Assembly: GCA_964641255.1 (NCBI GenBank)
Contig: CAZXMM010000001.1
Coordinates: forward strand, 15,757 to 79,756
DNA from: an uncultured Gammaproteobacteria bacterium
Lineage (GTDB): Bacteria > Patescibacteriota > Microgenomatia > JAMCZE01
Reading direction: 5' to 3'
Length of the DNA stretch: 64,000 nt
How positions within the stretch are numbered: the first letter of the stretch is position 1; each line of letters opens with the position of its first letter. Of the stretch, positions 44,910 through 54,441 are shown piece by piece. The notes beneath the pieces are model-generated. The model saw nothing but the letters and a program-made list of their open reading frames with translations. It was not told the origin of the DNA and ran no database searches. Both the position numbers and the translations under genes were made by a program.

Positions 44910-45899
44910 CTACAGCTCCACGGGCTGTAAATCAGTATGCTTATTTAGCTCCTGGGTGATTTGGTCGAATGTGAGTAGTCCAGTTTGCGGCCCAATCTTT
45001 TGTACCACAGCTGCGGAGTTCAGTGTCCCCCACCGCATGGCCTCGGGGATGGTTAATCCTTTAATAATCGCCGCCATAAAACCTGAGGCGTAAGCATCTC
45101 CTGCTCCGGTAGTTGAAACGGTCTCTACCTTAAGAATGGGTAAAAAATAATACTTTGTTCCATCAAAAACAAAGGAGCCTTTAGACCCATCAGTAATAAC
45201 CACGGTTTTTGGCCCTAAAGCGCGGAGCTGGCCAAGGAGTTTTTTGATCTGCTCCGAACTGGTTATGGGGGCGCTATAACCGGTCATTTTGGCGGCCTCC
45301 TCTTTATTGACAAAGACAATTTCCGCCCGGGAGGTCAGCATCTGGTAGGTTTGGGGAGACTTAGCCAGTTGAGCGGTGCCCGGCGCAAAAGCAAGTTTAG
45401 TTTGGTGCTTCACTACCGAGGTGGCCACCTCATTATAAAAATCTTGATAATTACTGCCGACCGAGGAAACGTAGATCCACGGGACAGTCAGTTCTTCGGA
45501 GGGCAGGTGATAGTTCCTGGGTACTTGATACTCCAGGGCGGTCTTTTGGTCTTTAAAATTAATGATAGTGGAATAGCGAGTTTCGCTACCCGCCTCGATA
45601 ACACAGAGACTATGGTCCACACCCTCTCTATCCAGATGTTGGGTAACTCTTTCCCCAATTTGATCGTCTCCATAAACACTAAGAAGCCCCGCTTTAATTC
45701 CCAACCGCGTGAGTCCTACGGCGTTATTAGCAGCGTTACCGCCCACCGCCCGGTCGATTTTATCTACCAAAATCTTCTCGCCGTAGCGCAGACACAGCTC
45801 ACAGGCCTCGTTGTCTGTCCGACAATGCAGAGCCGCATCGTGCAGCGTCAGATAGACATCAAAAACCACATCGCCAATGGAAACTACTGTAAAGTTCAT
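44910..45899 (-). CDS. PfkB-family carbohydrate kinase
   Basis: GGNAANNAVGLTRLG, NKEEA, TTGAGDAYASGF. Confidence 0.92.
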   Translation of the reverse strand: MNFTVVSIGDVVFDVYLTLHDAALHCRTDNEACELCLRYGEKILVDKIDRAVGGNAANNAVGLTRLGIKAGLLSVYGDDQIGERVTQHLDREGVDHSLCVIEAGSETRYSTIINFKDQKTALEYQVPRNYHLPSEELTVPWIYVSSVGSNYQDFYNEVATSVVKHQTKLAFAPGTAQLAKSPQTYQMLTSRAEIVFVNKEEAAKMTGYSAPITSSEQIKKLLGQLRALGPKTVVITDGSKGSFVFDGTKYYFLPILKVETVSTTGAGDAYASGFMAAIIKGLTIPEAMRWGTLNSAAVVQKIGPQTGLLTFDQITQELNKHTDLQPVEL

Positions 45900-46909
45900 T
45901 TCTCCTCCCCTTTCAGTTTGGCTATCTTGCGAACGTACACATCTATTGCGGCATTTTTAATATGTTGCACACTCATGCCGTACTTTGTTAACAGCTCTTC
46001 CGGCTTTCCCGATTCCCCAAAGGTATTGGACATTCCGACCGCCTCAATTGGGGTGGGATAATTTTGGCCTAAACACTCACTAATGGCCCCATTTAGTCCC
46101 CCGATTATTTGATGCTCTTCGACAGTAACTACTGCACCGGTCTTCCTGGCGGACAGCATAATGGTAGCTGTGTCTAGGGGTTTTAAGGTGTGAACATTGA
46201 CAACTTCACAGCTCAAAGTTGATTTAACGGCGTCGTTTCCGGAAGTCTCAGCAAGTTCCTCGGCTGCCTGGAGAGCTTTATAGACCAGGGGTCCACAAGC
46301 AAAGATGGTCAGATCAGTCCCCTCTCTTAAGACGTTGGCCCTACCCATAACAAACGGGGTTTCGTCCGTGGTAAAAACCTCAGTCTTTTCTCGGCCAAAA
46401 CGAATATACACCGGCCCTTGGTGGGCAGTGGCGGCCCGCACCATTTTCTTGGCTTCTGTAAAGTCACAGGGAGTCATGACCACTAAATTAGGAAGTACCC
46501 TGGTTATAGCGAGGTCTTCTAAGGCCTGATGGGTCGCCCCATCGGCTCCTACGGAAATACCGGCATGGGCGCCTATGATTTTGACGTTAGTATTAGAATA
46601 ACAAACCGACACTCTTAATTGATCCCAATTTCTTCCCGGAGAAAAGGTGGCGTAGGAAGTAACAAACGGAACCTTGCCTGAAAGAGCTAGTCCCGCGGCA
46701 ATGCCCATCATATTTTGTTCAGCAACTCCCACGTCGATAAAACGATCGGGGAATTTTTTGGCAAAAGCCTCGACTCTGGTTGACTCAGCTAGGTCTGCGG
46801 TTAGCACCACGATTTCTAAAACGACACTTCCCAACTCAACGAGAGCTTCGCCAAATCCCTCTCGGCATCCCTTCATTTCCGTAGATGGAAACACGATATC
46901 AGCCTTCAT
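45896..46909 (-). CDS. Transketolase, C-terminal subunit
   Basis: GVAEQNM, DGATHQ, GPVYIR, VEEHQIIGGL. Confidence 0.93.
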   Translation of the reverse strand: MKADIVFPSTEMKGCREGFGEALVELGSVVLEIVVLTADLAESTRVEAFAKKFPDRFIDVGVAEQNMMGIAAGLALSGKVPFVTSYATFSPGRNWDQLRVSVCYSNTNVKIIGAHAGISVGADGATHQALEDLAITRVLPNLVVMTPCDFTEAKKMVRAATAHQGPVYIRFGREKTEVFTTDETPFVMGRANVLREGTDLTIFACGPLVYKALQAAEELAETSGNDAVKSTLSCEVVNVHTLKPLDTATIMLSARKTGAVVTVEEHQIIGGLNGAISECLGQNYPTPIEAVGMSNTFGESGKPEELLTKYGMSVQHIKNAAIDVYVRKIAKLKGEEK

Positions 46910-47804
46910 GAGTAATCCTCCCTGCTAGTGTTCTTAAGCTCCTCAGAGCCAACTCTGCTTGCTCATCTTTAGGAGGTTCGCCAGCAAGATTGCTAGCCCC
47001 AGGGGGGGCTCCGTGCCAAATGTAGTCACCCTCCATGTAGTCAATTCCTTTCCCGGGAATGGTGTAACACACAATGGCCGTGGGTCTATCCCTTTCCTCC
47101 CACGACGCTTTGACGGCGGCTATAATTTGCTCAAAAGAGTGACCATCGACTTCTAAAACATTAAGGTTAAACGCTTTGAGTTTGTCGGCGACTTTACCCA
47201 GGGGCATAACATGTTCGGTATAGCCATCAATTTGAATATTATTGCGGTCCACAAAGTAAATGAGATCCGATAGTTTATACTTGACCGCACACATCAGGGC
47301 CTCCCAGACTTGACCTTCGTTCATTTCTCCATCGGAGCCAATCACATAAGTGCGGTAGGGCCGCTTATCCATTTTTGCAGCGAGAGCCATGCCTACAGCC
47401 ACCGAGATTCCCTGTCCTAGTGGCCCGGCAGAGTTTTCTACCCCGGGAGTATTTTCGTGATAGAAAGGTTTATCTTTGTAGACTTGTTCATGATGAGGAT
47501 GGCCCTGCAAACGAGTCTCTAATTTTCTCAGAGTTAAAAGTTCCTCCGCTTTTAAAAAGCCGGCGTGAATTAGAGTAGTGTAAAGGATAGGGCAGGTATG
47601 ACCACAAGAAAGCACTAATCTATCCCGGTCTTCCCAAGTAGGATTGTTAGCGTCATATTTTAAGAGGCCTCCAAAGTATAAAGCAGTAAAAAGATCAGCC
47701 AAATCAAGGGGCCCGGCACTATGCCCCGAGCCAGCAGCCACCAGCATCTTAATCAGATCCTGGCGGATTTCGTTAGCTTTAAGTTCTAGTTCTAAGGTAG
47801 TCAT
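46899..47804 (-). CDS. Transketolase, N-terminal subunit
   Basis: SGHSAG, RDRLVLSCGH, LQGHP, GPLGQG, SDGEMNEGQVWEA. Confidence 0.93.
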   Translation of the reverse strand: MTTLELELKANEIRQDLIKMLVAAGSGHSAGPLDLADLFTALYFGGLLKYDANNPTWEDRDRLVLSCGHTCPILYTTLIHAGFLKAEELLTLRKLETRLQGHPHHEQVYKDKPFYHENTPGVENSAGPLGQGISVAVGMALAAKMDKRPYRTYVIGSDGEMNEGQVWEALMCAVKYKLSDLIYFVDRNNIQIDGYTEHVMPLGKVADKLKAFNLNVLEVDGHSFEQIIAAVKASWEERDRPTAIVCYTIPGKGIDYMEGDYIWHGAPPGASNLAGEPPKDEQAELALRSLRTLAGRITHEG

Positions 47805-48375
47805 GGGCAGAACTGGCCTGAAGAGCCTTAATTTTAAGTAACACTTCTTGGGGACTAGTCACAATATGATAGACCTTAAGCTCCTCGGGCCGAAGACGCA
47901 GATTCTTTCCAATGGCTTCAATAATTTCGTGCCAATAGCTACCAAAGAGAATCAGGGGCTTATGATGGCCAAAATGAATTCTAGCTAACCCCCAAGCCAT
48001 TCCTAGTTCCGAAATTGTTCCGGTTCCTCCATTAAACACTACATAGACGTCACCCGTATCCATAATTTTAAGCGTTCGTTCGACATAAGTTGAGGTGCGG
48101 ATTTCTTCATCAAAATTATTGGCTGGAGTAGTCGATTCAAAAAATGCCGGATGAGTAGGATCATTTTTGTCCCAGTAGTAAGTAACTCCGATCGCTTTTC
48201 CTCCCCCCGCGTGAGCTCCAAGAGTGGCAGCGAGCATCACTCCCGGCCCGCCACCATTAATAATAGTAAAGTTATTTTCGGCAAGTAATTTGGCGGTAGC
48301 AAAAGCGGCATCATACTCAGCATCCCCCACTTTTGAATCAGCGTAACCAAGAAAGGCAACTTTTTTAATTTCCAT
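47779..48375 (-). CDS. LOG-family protein
   Basis: NGGGPGVM, GGTGTISEL. Confidence 0.88.
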   Translation of the reverse strand: MEIKKVAFLGYADSKVGDAEYDAAFATAKLLAENNFTIINGGGPGVMLAATLGAHAGGGKAIGVTYYWDKNDPTHPAFFESTTPANNFDEEIRTSTYVERTLKIMDTGDVYVVFNGGTGTISELGMAWGLARIHFGHHKPLILFGSYWHEIIEAIGKNLRLRPEELKVYHIVTSPQEVLLKIKALQASSAHDYLRTRT

Positions 48376-48389
48376 AATAGTATGTAGTC

Positions 48390-49034
48390 TTAACTAGGCA
48401 GCATGGTAACAAGCTGTTCATAAACCTCTTGGGGATTCTCAGCCTTTTTGAAATAGCCACCAACAACAATTGCATCAGGATTAACTTCGATGGCTTTTTT
48501 GATAGTGTTTGGGTCAATGCCACCGTCAATTTCAATCCCACCGAGAAATCCTCCATCTCTCAATTCTTTAACTTTTTCTAGTTGAGTAGGAAGAAATGGT
48601 TGTCCTTGTCTACCGGTCTCGACTGTCATAACAGTTATGAAACTCACTAGATCTAAAAAGGGTTCCGCATCGACTGCCGGAGTCTTGGGGCCAAGAGCCA
48701 TTCCTAGTACTAGATCAAATTTAGCTCCCTCTTCTAAGACCAGTCTCAGATCATCTTCCATTTCAAATTGGACGATGGCCCGACGAAACCCCGCTTTCAC
48801 CACTTGTTCAAAAGCCTCTTGGGGGCGAGCGAACATTAGATGGGCTTCCAATAAAATATCACTCGAATAGACCTGAGTCAGTGAAATGACTTCAGACAGC
48901 GGGGCTGTCTTAAAGTTCTCAAACGAACCATCATTAAAGTCGATGTGAATGGCTGGAGCAAATAGAGCATAACTACTTAGCAGTGAACCATAGTCGGTAG
49001 GATGGGACTCTTCAATGGCGGGAACAATTTGCAT
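48390..49034 (-). CDS. rpe: Ribulose-phosphate 3-epimerase
   Basis: HIDFNDG, EAHLM, MTVETG..GQ.F, IEIDGGI. Confidence 0.9.
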   Translation of the reverse strand: MQIVPAIEESHPTDYGSLLSSYALFAPAIHIDFNDGSFENFKTAPLSEVISLTQVYSSDILLEAHLMFARPQEAFEQVVKAGFRRAIVQFEMEDDLRLVLEEGAKFDLVLGMALGPKTPAVDAEPFLDLVSFITVMTVETGRQGQPFLPTQLEKVKELRDGGFLGGIEIDGGIDPNTIKKAIEVNPDAIVVGGYFKKAENPQEVYEQLVTMLPS

Positions 49035-49067
49035 TAGACGAAGAATAGCTAATTTTAGTAAGGAAAT

Positions 49068-49514
49068 CTAGCTTGGCAGTGCCTTAAGGCTTGCCAGGCG
49101 GCTAAGGTAGGGCTCAGTATTACTAAAGCCCGTGCTGATAAAGCTACTAACTAGGGAAATAACTTCGGCCGTACTAAAGTAGTCAGCAGCAATAGAGAGA
49201 ACGTTGACGTTGTCGTCGTTTCTAGCCGCTTTGATTTGGTTGTCATTAATAGCCAGACAAGAACGGATGTGCCCATGCCGATTGGCGACAACGTCTACCA
49301 TGACTCCAGAGCCACAAAAAAAGATACCCAAATCCGGTGAGTCAGCTCTAATCAGCTGACAGGCTCTAAGCACAAAATCTCCGGCATTATCGCCAAGATC
49401 CAGGTGATCATTACCGCAATCAGCGACTTCTAATTTAACACCGTCCAAGAACTTTTTGATTTCGTCCTTTTTCAGAAGTCCCCGATGATCGGCTGCAAGA
49501 TAAATCATCATCAT
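49068..49514 (-). CDS. rpiB: Ribose-5-phosphate isomerase B
   Basis: AADHRG, CGSGV, ARNDDNVNVL. Confidence 0.9.
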   Translation of the reverse strand: MMMIYLAADHRGLLKKDEIKKFLDGVKLEVADCGNDHLDLGDNAGDFVLRACQLIRADSPDLGIFFCGSGVMVDVVANRHGHIRSCLAINDNQIKAARNDDNVNVLSIAADYFSTAEVISLVSSFISTGFSNTEPYLSRLASLKALPS

Positions 49515-49524
49515 CTATAATAGC

Positions 49525-51777
49525 ATGGTGCTAAGCAGAGACTTTTTTGTCTATCACCTAAACAAGATTAAGCGGCAAAAAAATAGCGGCACCCATTCGC
49601 TCCTGCGCCAGCTCTTGCTACCTTTAATTGGTGTACTCATCGCTATCTTGGTTCCAGTCTTGGTTTTTTTGATTGTTATTATCCAAGGGTTACCTACACC
49701 AGCCGACCTAACTAATCACCCGGTGGAGCAAAGTAGTAAGATTTTGGATCGCCACGGCGAACTACTATATAGCATCTACGCCACCGAAAACCGAACCGTA
49801 GTTCCTCTAAAAGATATTCCCTTATCAGTTCGCCAGGCCACCATTGCTGTTGAGGATAAAGATTTTTATCGGCATGGTGGGATTAACTTTGTAGGGGGGA
49901 TCTTGCGGGCTGCCCGCGATTCCATCCTCAACCAAAGGCTGGAGGGAGGATCCACAATCACTCAACAACTCATTAAGATGGCGCTTCTTAGCCCAGAACA
50001 GACTATTACCCGAAAGATACGCGAGGCGATACTCGCTTCTTGGACGGAGCGGATCTACTCCAAAGATGAAATCTTGGCTTTCTATCTTAACCGAGCCCCC
50101 TATGGTGGTACGGCCTATGGTATCGAAGAGGCTTCACTAATCTATTTTAACAAGCACGCGAAAAATCTTACCTTGGCAGAAGCGGCCCTTCTGGCAGGAC
50201 TACCCCAGGCCCCGACCTACTATTCCCCATTTGGCATCGACCCAAACCGTGCCCTCATCCGCCAACACGAGGTGTTAAAACGAATGCAGGAAGATGGCTA
50301 TATTACACACTCACAAGCTGAAGCGGCTAAAAAGGAACCGTTAGTTTTTGCCTCCGACTCAGGAGAAATCAAGGCTCCCCACTTTGTTGCTTACGTTAAA
50401 GAGCAACTGGTCCAAAAATATGGAGAGGATGTGGTCCAAAAAGGTGGACTGCAAGTGACTACCACCCTAGATTTAGCTCTTCAAGAAACAGCTCAAGCCA
50501 GCCTGTCAGCCCAAGTCGAAAAGCAAAAAAACCTTAAAGTGGGCAACGGGGCCGCTCTGGTCACTAAGCCCCCCACCGGAGAAATTTTAGTGATGATTGG
50601 TAGCAAAGACTACAGTGCCACTGACGGTGGCAATGTCAACGTGACCCTCGCTCACCGCAGTCCCGGATCCTCGATTAAACCACTTAATGTCGCCCTGGGT
50701 TTTCTAAAAGGCAATGCTACCCCAGCGACTCCCTGGATTGACGCACGCTATTGTTTTCCCCCCTTTGCTGGTAAAAGCTATTGTCCAGGTAATTATGATG
50801 GTAAATTTCATGGGGTAGTTCAAACCCGCTTTGCTCTCGGTAATTCCTATAACATTCCTGCTGTCAAACAACTGGCTCTTAACACCGTCGCCGACTTTAT
50901 CGCTACTGCCAGCGCTATGGGGCTAACCACCCTAAGTGACGATCCCAGTCGTTATGGCTATTCCCTGGCTCTAGGGGGAGGCGAGGTAAGAATGGTGGAT
51001 ATGGCGACCGCCTTTGGGGTTTTTGCCAACCAGGGTAAAAGAGTGGATTTAACCTCCCTCATTAAAGTAGTTGATAGCCAAGGTACGATCCTTGAAGACC
51101 ACAGCGAAGAGTTTAAAAACCCCGATATTCGGCCGCGAACTTGGCAAGCGACTGCTCCTTTTATCCCCAGAAACAATTACGTACTACCCGCTGAAGTCAC
51201 TTACCTCATCTCTCATATCCTGCTGGATGACGGAGCCAGACAGGCCACCTTTGGACCGAGTTCCGTTCTCAACATAAAGGGCTTTCCAGTGAGTGTTAAA
51301 ACTGGAACAGCTGAAGACAAACGAGATAACTGGACCATTGGTTATACCCCCTCATTCCTCACTGCGGTTTGGGTAGGCAATAATGACAATTCGCCGATGA
51401 GCCCCTACCTAGAGTCTGGCAACACTGGAGCGGCGCCAATTTGGAATAGTATTATGACCGAGGTGCTAAAAAATAGCACTCCCGACTGGCCACCCAAACC
51501 AGAAAATGTTATTTTTACTGAAGTCTGTTCACTGTCTGGACTATTACCCAATCCCGATCATGATTGTCCCAAACGCGGGGAATATTTTATAAAAGGTTTA
51601 GAGCCGAAAGATAAAGACGGGGTTTGGGATCAAAAGAGAAAGATTTTGGTCTACAAGGACAGCCATAAACAGCCCGGCCCCAATGAAAAGCCTAGCCCTG
51701 ATCAATTAATTGAAGAGGAACATATTGTTATTTCCGACCCACTGCAGAAAGACTTTTGTGTTGATTGTGTCCAATAA
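49525..51777 (+). CDS. Class A penicillin-binding protein (transglycosylase/transpeptidase)
   Basis: EDKDFYRHGG, GGSTITQQLIK, SSIKP, SYN, KTGT. Confidence 0.95.
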   Translation: MVLSRDFFVYHLNKIKRQKNSGTHSLLRQLLLPLIGVLIAILVPVLVFLIVIIQGLPTPADLTNHPVEQSSKILDRHGELLYSIYATENRTVVPLKDIPLSVRQATIAVEDKDFYRHGGINFVGGILRAARDSILNQRLEGGSTITQQLIKMALLSPEQTITRKIREAILASWTERIYSKDEILAFYLNRAPYGGTAYGIEEASLIYFNKHAKNLTLAEAALLAGLPQAPTYYSPFGIDPNRALIRQHEVLKRMQEDGYITHSQAEAAKKEPLVFASDSGEIKAPHFVAYVKEQLVQKYGEDVVQKGGLQVTTTLDLALQETAQASLSAQVEKQKNLKVGNGAALVTKPPTGEILVMIGSKDYSATDGGNVNVTLAHRSPGSSIKPLNVALGFLKGNATPATPWIDARYCFPPFAGKSYCPGNYDGKFHGVVQTRFALGNSYNIPAVKQLALNTVADFIATASAMGLTTLSDDPSRYGYSLALGGGEVRMVDMATAFGVFANQGKRVDLTSLIKVVDSQGTILEDHSEEFKNPDIRPRTWQATAPFIPRNNYVLPAEVTYLISHILLDDGARQATFGPSSVLNIKGFPVSVKTGTAEDKRDNWTIGYTPSFLTAVWVGNNDNSPMSPYLESGNTGAAPIWNSIMTEVLKNSTPDWPPKPENVIFTEVCSLSGLLPNPDHDCPKRGEYFIKGLEPKDKDGVWDQKRKILVYKDSHKQPGPNEKPSPDQLIEEEHIVISDPLQKDFCVDCVQ

Positions 51778-52897
51778 TCCCTACTCCAATTAGAAGCCAA
51801 AAAAGTGCGTATTCGGCAGTCGAGGTAACATTTATTTGCATTCGCAGTACTAAAACTAAAAAAGCCAATAAAAACACCGGGTGGCTTTTTAAAGCAAAGA
51901 GTGTGCGAGTTACAATCGCTCCCCAAATAACTAGTCCCACCAGTCCCCCTCCCAAAGCCACCTCTAAGATTTCATTATGGGCCTTATCGACTAGAACTTC
52001 GCCGGTTTTTGTCAAAGGCATAGGATAAACAATGTTTTTTACTGCTAGTTCATAGTTTTCCAGGCCGTACCCCATAGTCGGACTTTTCAAAACGGCCATT
52101 ACCCCCCGAGTATAAATCCGCTGTCGGCTTTGCGCTGCCAGTGGATCGAAACGGGACACTCTCCAGCTTTCGCTGTACCAGAGGAAAAAAACTCCCATAC
52201 TCAGTAAGAGAATAGCTAATTTCCAGCCCCCTTTAAAAAGGGCCGCTCCCATTATCACTGCCATTACCGCCCCCCGAGAACTAGTAAGCAGTAGAGTTAG
52301 TGACCCGAGAGCTAAAATAACCAATCGTTTCCACAGAGAGCGAAAGTACCAGGCAAACGGCAGGGTGGTTGCCACAAAGCCGGCTAAGAAATTGGGATTA
52401 CCAAAACTCCCCACCGGTCTTTCTAAGTAGAGATAAAGTGGAAAATCAAAAAACTCTTTGCCCAAAATGCCGATAAAGAGCCACACACCGGCAACAACAC
52501 CAAGGAACCCAACGGTCTTACCCAAAAAGGGCAAGTCTTTTTTTTCAAAGATTACCGGAATAATAATTGCGAGGGTTAGATAGTGAGCCAACATCAGTAG
52601 TCCTTGTCCTCGCCAAAAAAGTCCATAAAACGAGGTGGTAAAGTCCACTCCATAGAAACTGGCCAGCACATTCCACAAAAAATAGCTCACCAGTAAAAGT
52701 ACTGGCCAAAACGGTAAATCTTGTTTCTCCTGGGGAAAAATCATGCGCACTAGCGTGACTAACAGTAGTAGTTCCACCCAGCGTTGAAAGAAAAAAACTT
52801 TGGGACCCTCGTAGCCATTGACTGTTCCGGTCAAATGAATTAGACCGATGAAAATTATTCCTGTGAAAAAAATGACCCTTGACAGTTTGGTTAACAT
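51728..52897 (-). CDS. O-antigen ligase family membrane protein
   Basis: GSFGNPNFLAG, TSSRG, GYGLENY, DKAHNE. Confidence 0.88.
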   Translation of the reverse strand: MLTKLSRVIFFTGIIFIGLIHLTGTVNGYEGPKVFFFQRWVELLLLVTLVRMIFPQEKQDLPFWPVLLLVSYFLWNVLASFYGVDFTTSFYGLFWRGQGLLMLAHYLTLAIIIPVIFEKKDLPFLGKTVGFLGVVAGVWLFIGILGKEFFDFPLYLYLERPVGSFGNPNFLAGFVATTLPFAWYFRSLWKRLVILALGSLTLLLTSSRGAVMAVIMGAALFKGGWKLAILLLSMGVFFLWYSESWRVSRFDPLAAQSRQRIYTRGVMAVLKSPTMGYGLENYELAVKNIVYPMPLTKTGEVLVDKAHNEILEVALGGGLVGLVIWGAIVTRTLFALKSHPVFLLAFLVLVLRMQINVTSTAEYALFWLLIGVGIIGHNQHKSLSAVGRK

Positions 52898-52917
52898 CCT
52901 TCTATTCTAGTTTATAG

Positions 52918-54339
52918 ATGTTTAAATCACGCGGTTTCGCTGCCATAGTACCCCTGCTACTTCTGGGAATTGGTTTAGTTGTGGCAGTCGCATTGGTTGG
53001 CACCCAAACAGGTTTTTTTAACCGCGCCAGTGGATTCCCAGAAACCGGCACTAATCCCTCACCCTGGGGAAAAGCAATGCAACTCAATGGTCAAAACTAT
53101 GCCAGTCCCTCCGCTCGAATTTATCCCAAGCTTGGCTTTACTGTTGAAATGTGGGCTAGACCGAATTCGGCTGTCTTTAACGGTTATCTAGTCTCCGAAT
53201 TAGGCCAACAGACTTTTGGCAATAAGGTTGGTACCATGTCCCTATCTTGGGCCAGCACCCCCGACAACAATGGAAAATATGTTAATAACTATAATTTTAG
53301 CACCACTAACGCGGGCGCCAATTGCGCAGGCACTCAAATAGGATATCAGGAGCTTCCCCAAGATGCCAGTGAAGTAACTTCGTGGCATCATCTGGCTGTG
53401 GTCTTTGGTCTTGATGGTAAAATTAGACTGTTCCTCAATGGTCAGCTGATGATCGCTTCAGAAGCGATTACAGGGGTTTGTCCACCAGTGGATGACATCT
53501 ACTTGGGCAGGGGTAGATCGACGGACACCAGTCCAGAACAATATTTTCCCGGACAACTTGACGAAGTTCGGATTTCTACTGTCGCTCGTTACCTACAAAA
53601 CTTTACACCCCCAACCACCCCCTTTATGTCTGACGCTGACACCATAGCTCTTTATCATTTCGACGGACCAATAATATGCCAAGGACCCTCCAATAACTGC
53701 TTTACGGCAGACTCCTCCAACTTTCACCGCAACGCTCTACTTATTAGAAATCCCCAATTCGTCCTAAGCACCATTCCACATTCTGTTTCACCTAATGATT
53801 ATGTCAAAAACGGTTCGTTTGAACTGGTTAAAGATAATGGTAAACCTGCCGAGTGGAAAAGTGGGTCCCTTAAAGACAATGACAAGGTGGTTACCACCGA
53901 GTATTTCGAAGGGACAAAATCATTCCGTTTTACTGGTAAAAATACAACTGGAAGAGAGGCCCTTGGACAGTTAGTGACAGTTAATGGATCGGCTAACGAT
54001 ATAGTCACACTAACAGTCCGAAATAAAAGTACCGGTGCCGCTGCCACTGGCGGCTTGGCCGGAATGGCGGCAATCATTACTTATAATGATGGTAAGGTAG
54101 ATGCTGGCTACTATACCTTTCCCAAGTCCGTTCATGACTGGAGACTGAAAAAGGCCATTTTAGTCCCCGATGAGCCGTACAAAAGCATCGTTATCACCCT
54201 TCTCAACCAAAATGGAGCCGCCAACTATTTTGTAGACGACGTAAAACTTACTATTGAGCCTGGCCAAGAGTCTGACCAATCTAAGGCTACCCCCAGTGAG
54301 CTCCCGATCGCAGAAGTTAAGAAACTGATAGTTCAATAA
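52918..54339 (+). CDS. Surface protein with LamG-like and carbohydrate-binding-like domains
   Basis: Pilin-like N-terminus RGF+TM; WHHLAVVF, GQLDEVRIS..ARY; NGSFE...VDDV. Confidence 0.8.
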   Translation: MFKSRGFAAIVPLLLLGIGLVVAVALVGTQTGFFNRASGFPETGTNPSPWGKAMQLNGQNYASPSARIYPKLGFTVEMWARPNSAVFNGYLVSELGQQTFGNKVGTMSLSWASTPDNNGKYVNNYNFSTTNAGANCAGTQIGYQELPQDASEVTSWHHLAVVFGLDGKIRLFLNGQLMIASEAITGVCPPVDDIYLGRGRSTDTSPEQYFPGQLDEVRISTVARYLQNFTPPTTPFMSDADTIALYHFDGPIICQGPSNNCFTADSSNFHRNALLIRNPQFVLSTIPHSVSPNDYVKNGSFELVKDNGKPAEWKSGSLKDNDKVVTTEYFEGTKSFRFTGKNTTGREALGQLVTVNGSANDIVTLTVRNKSTGAAATGGLAGMAAIITYNDGKVDAGYYTFPKSVHDWRLKKAILVPDEPYKSIVITLLNQNGAANYFVDDVKLTIEPGQESDQSKATPSELPIAEVKKLIVQ

Positions 54340-54441
54340 TCGGCCAACGTTTCCTTCTTGCCAATCTAGCTACGATCGCCGATAATAACTCTAGGCCTTG
54401 GGAAGCATACTGTCACTTGTAATTGATGCCTATATAACAGT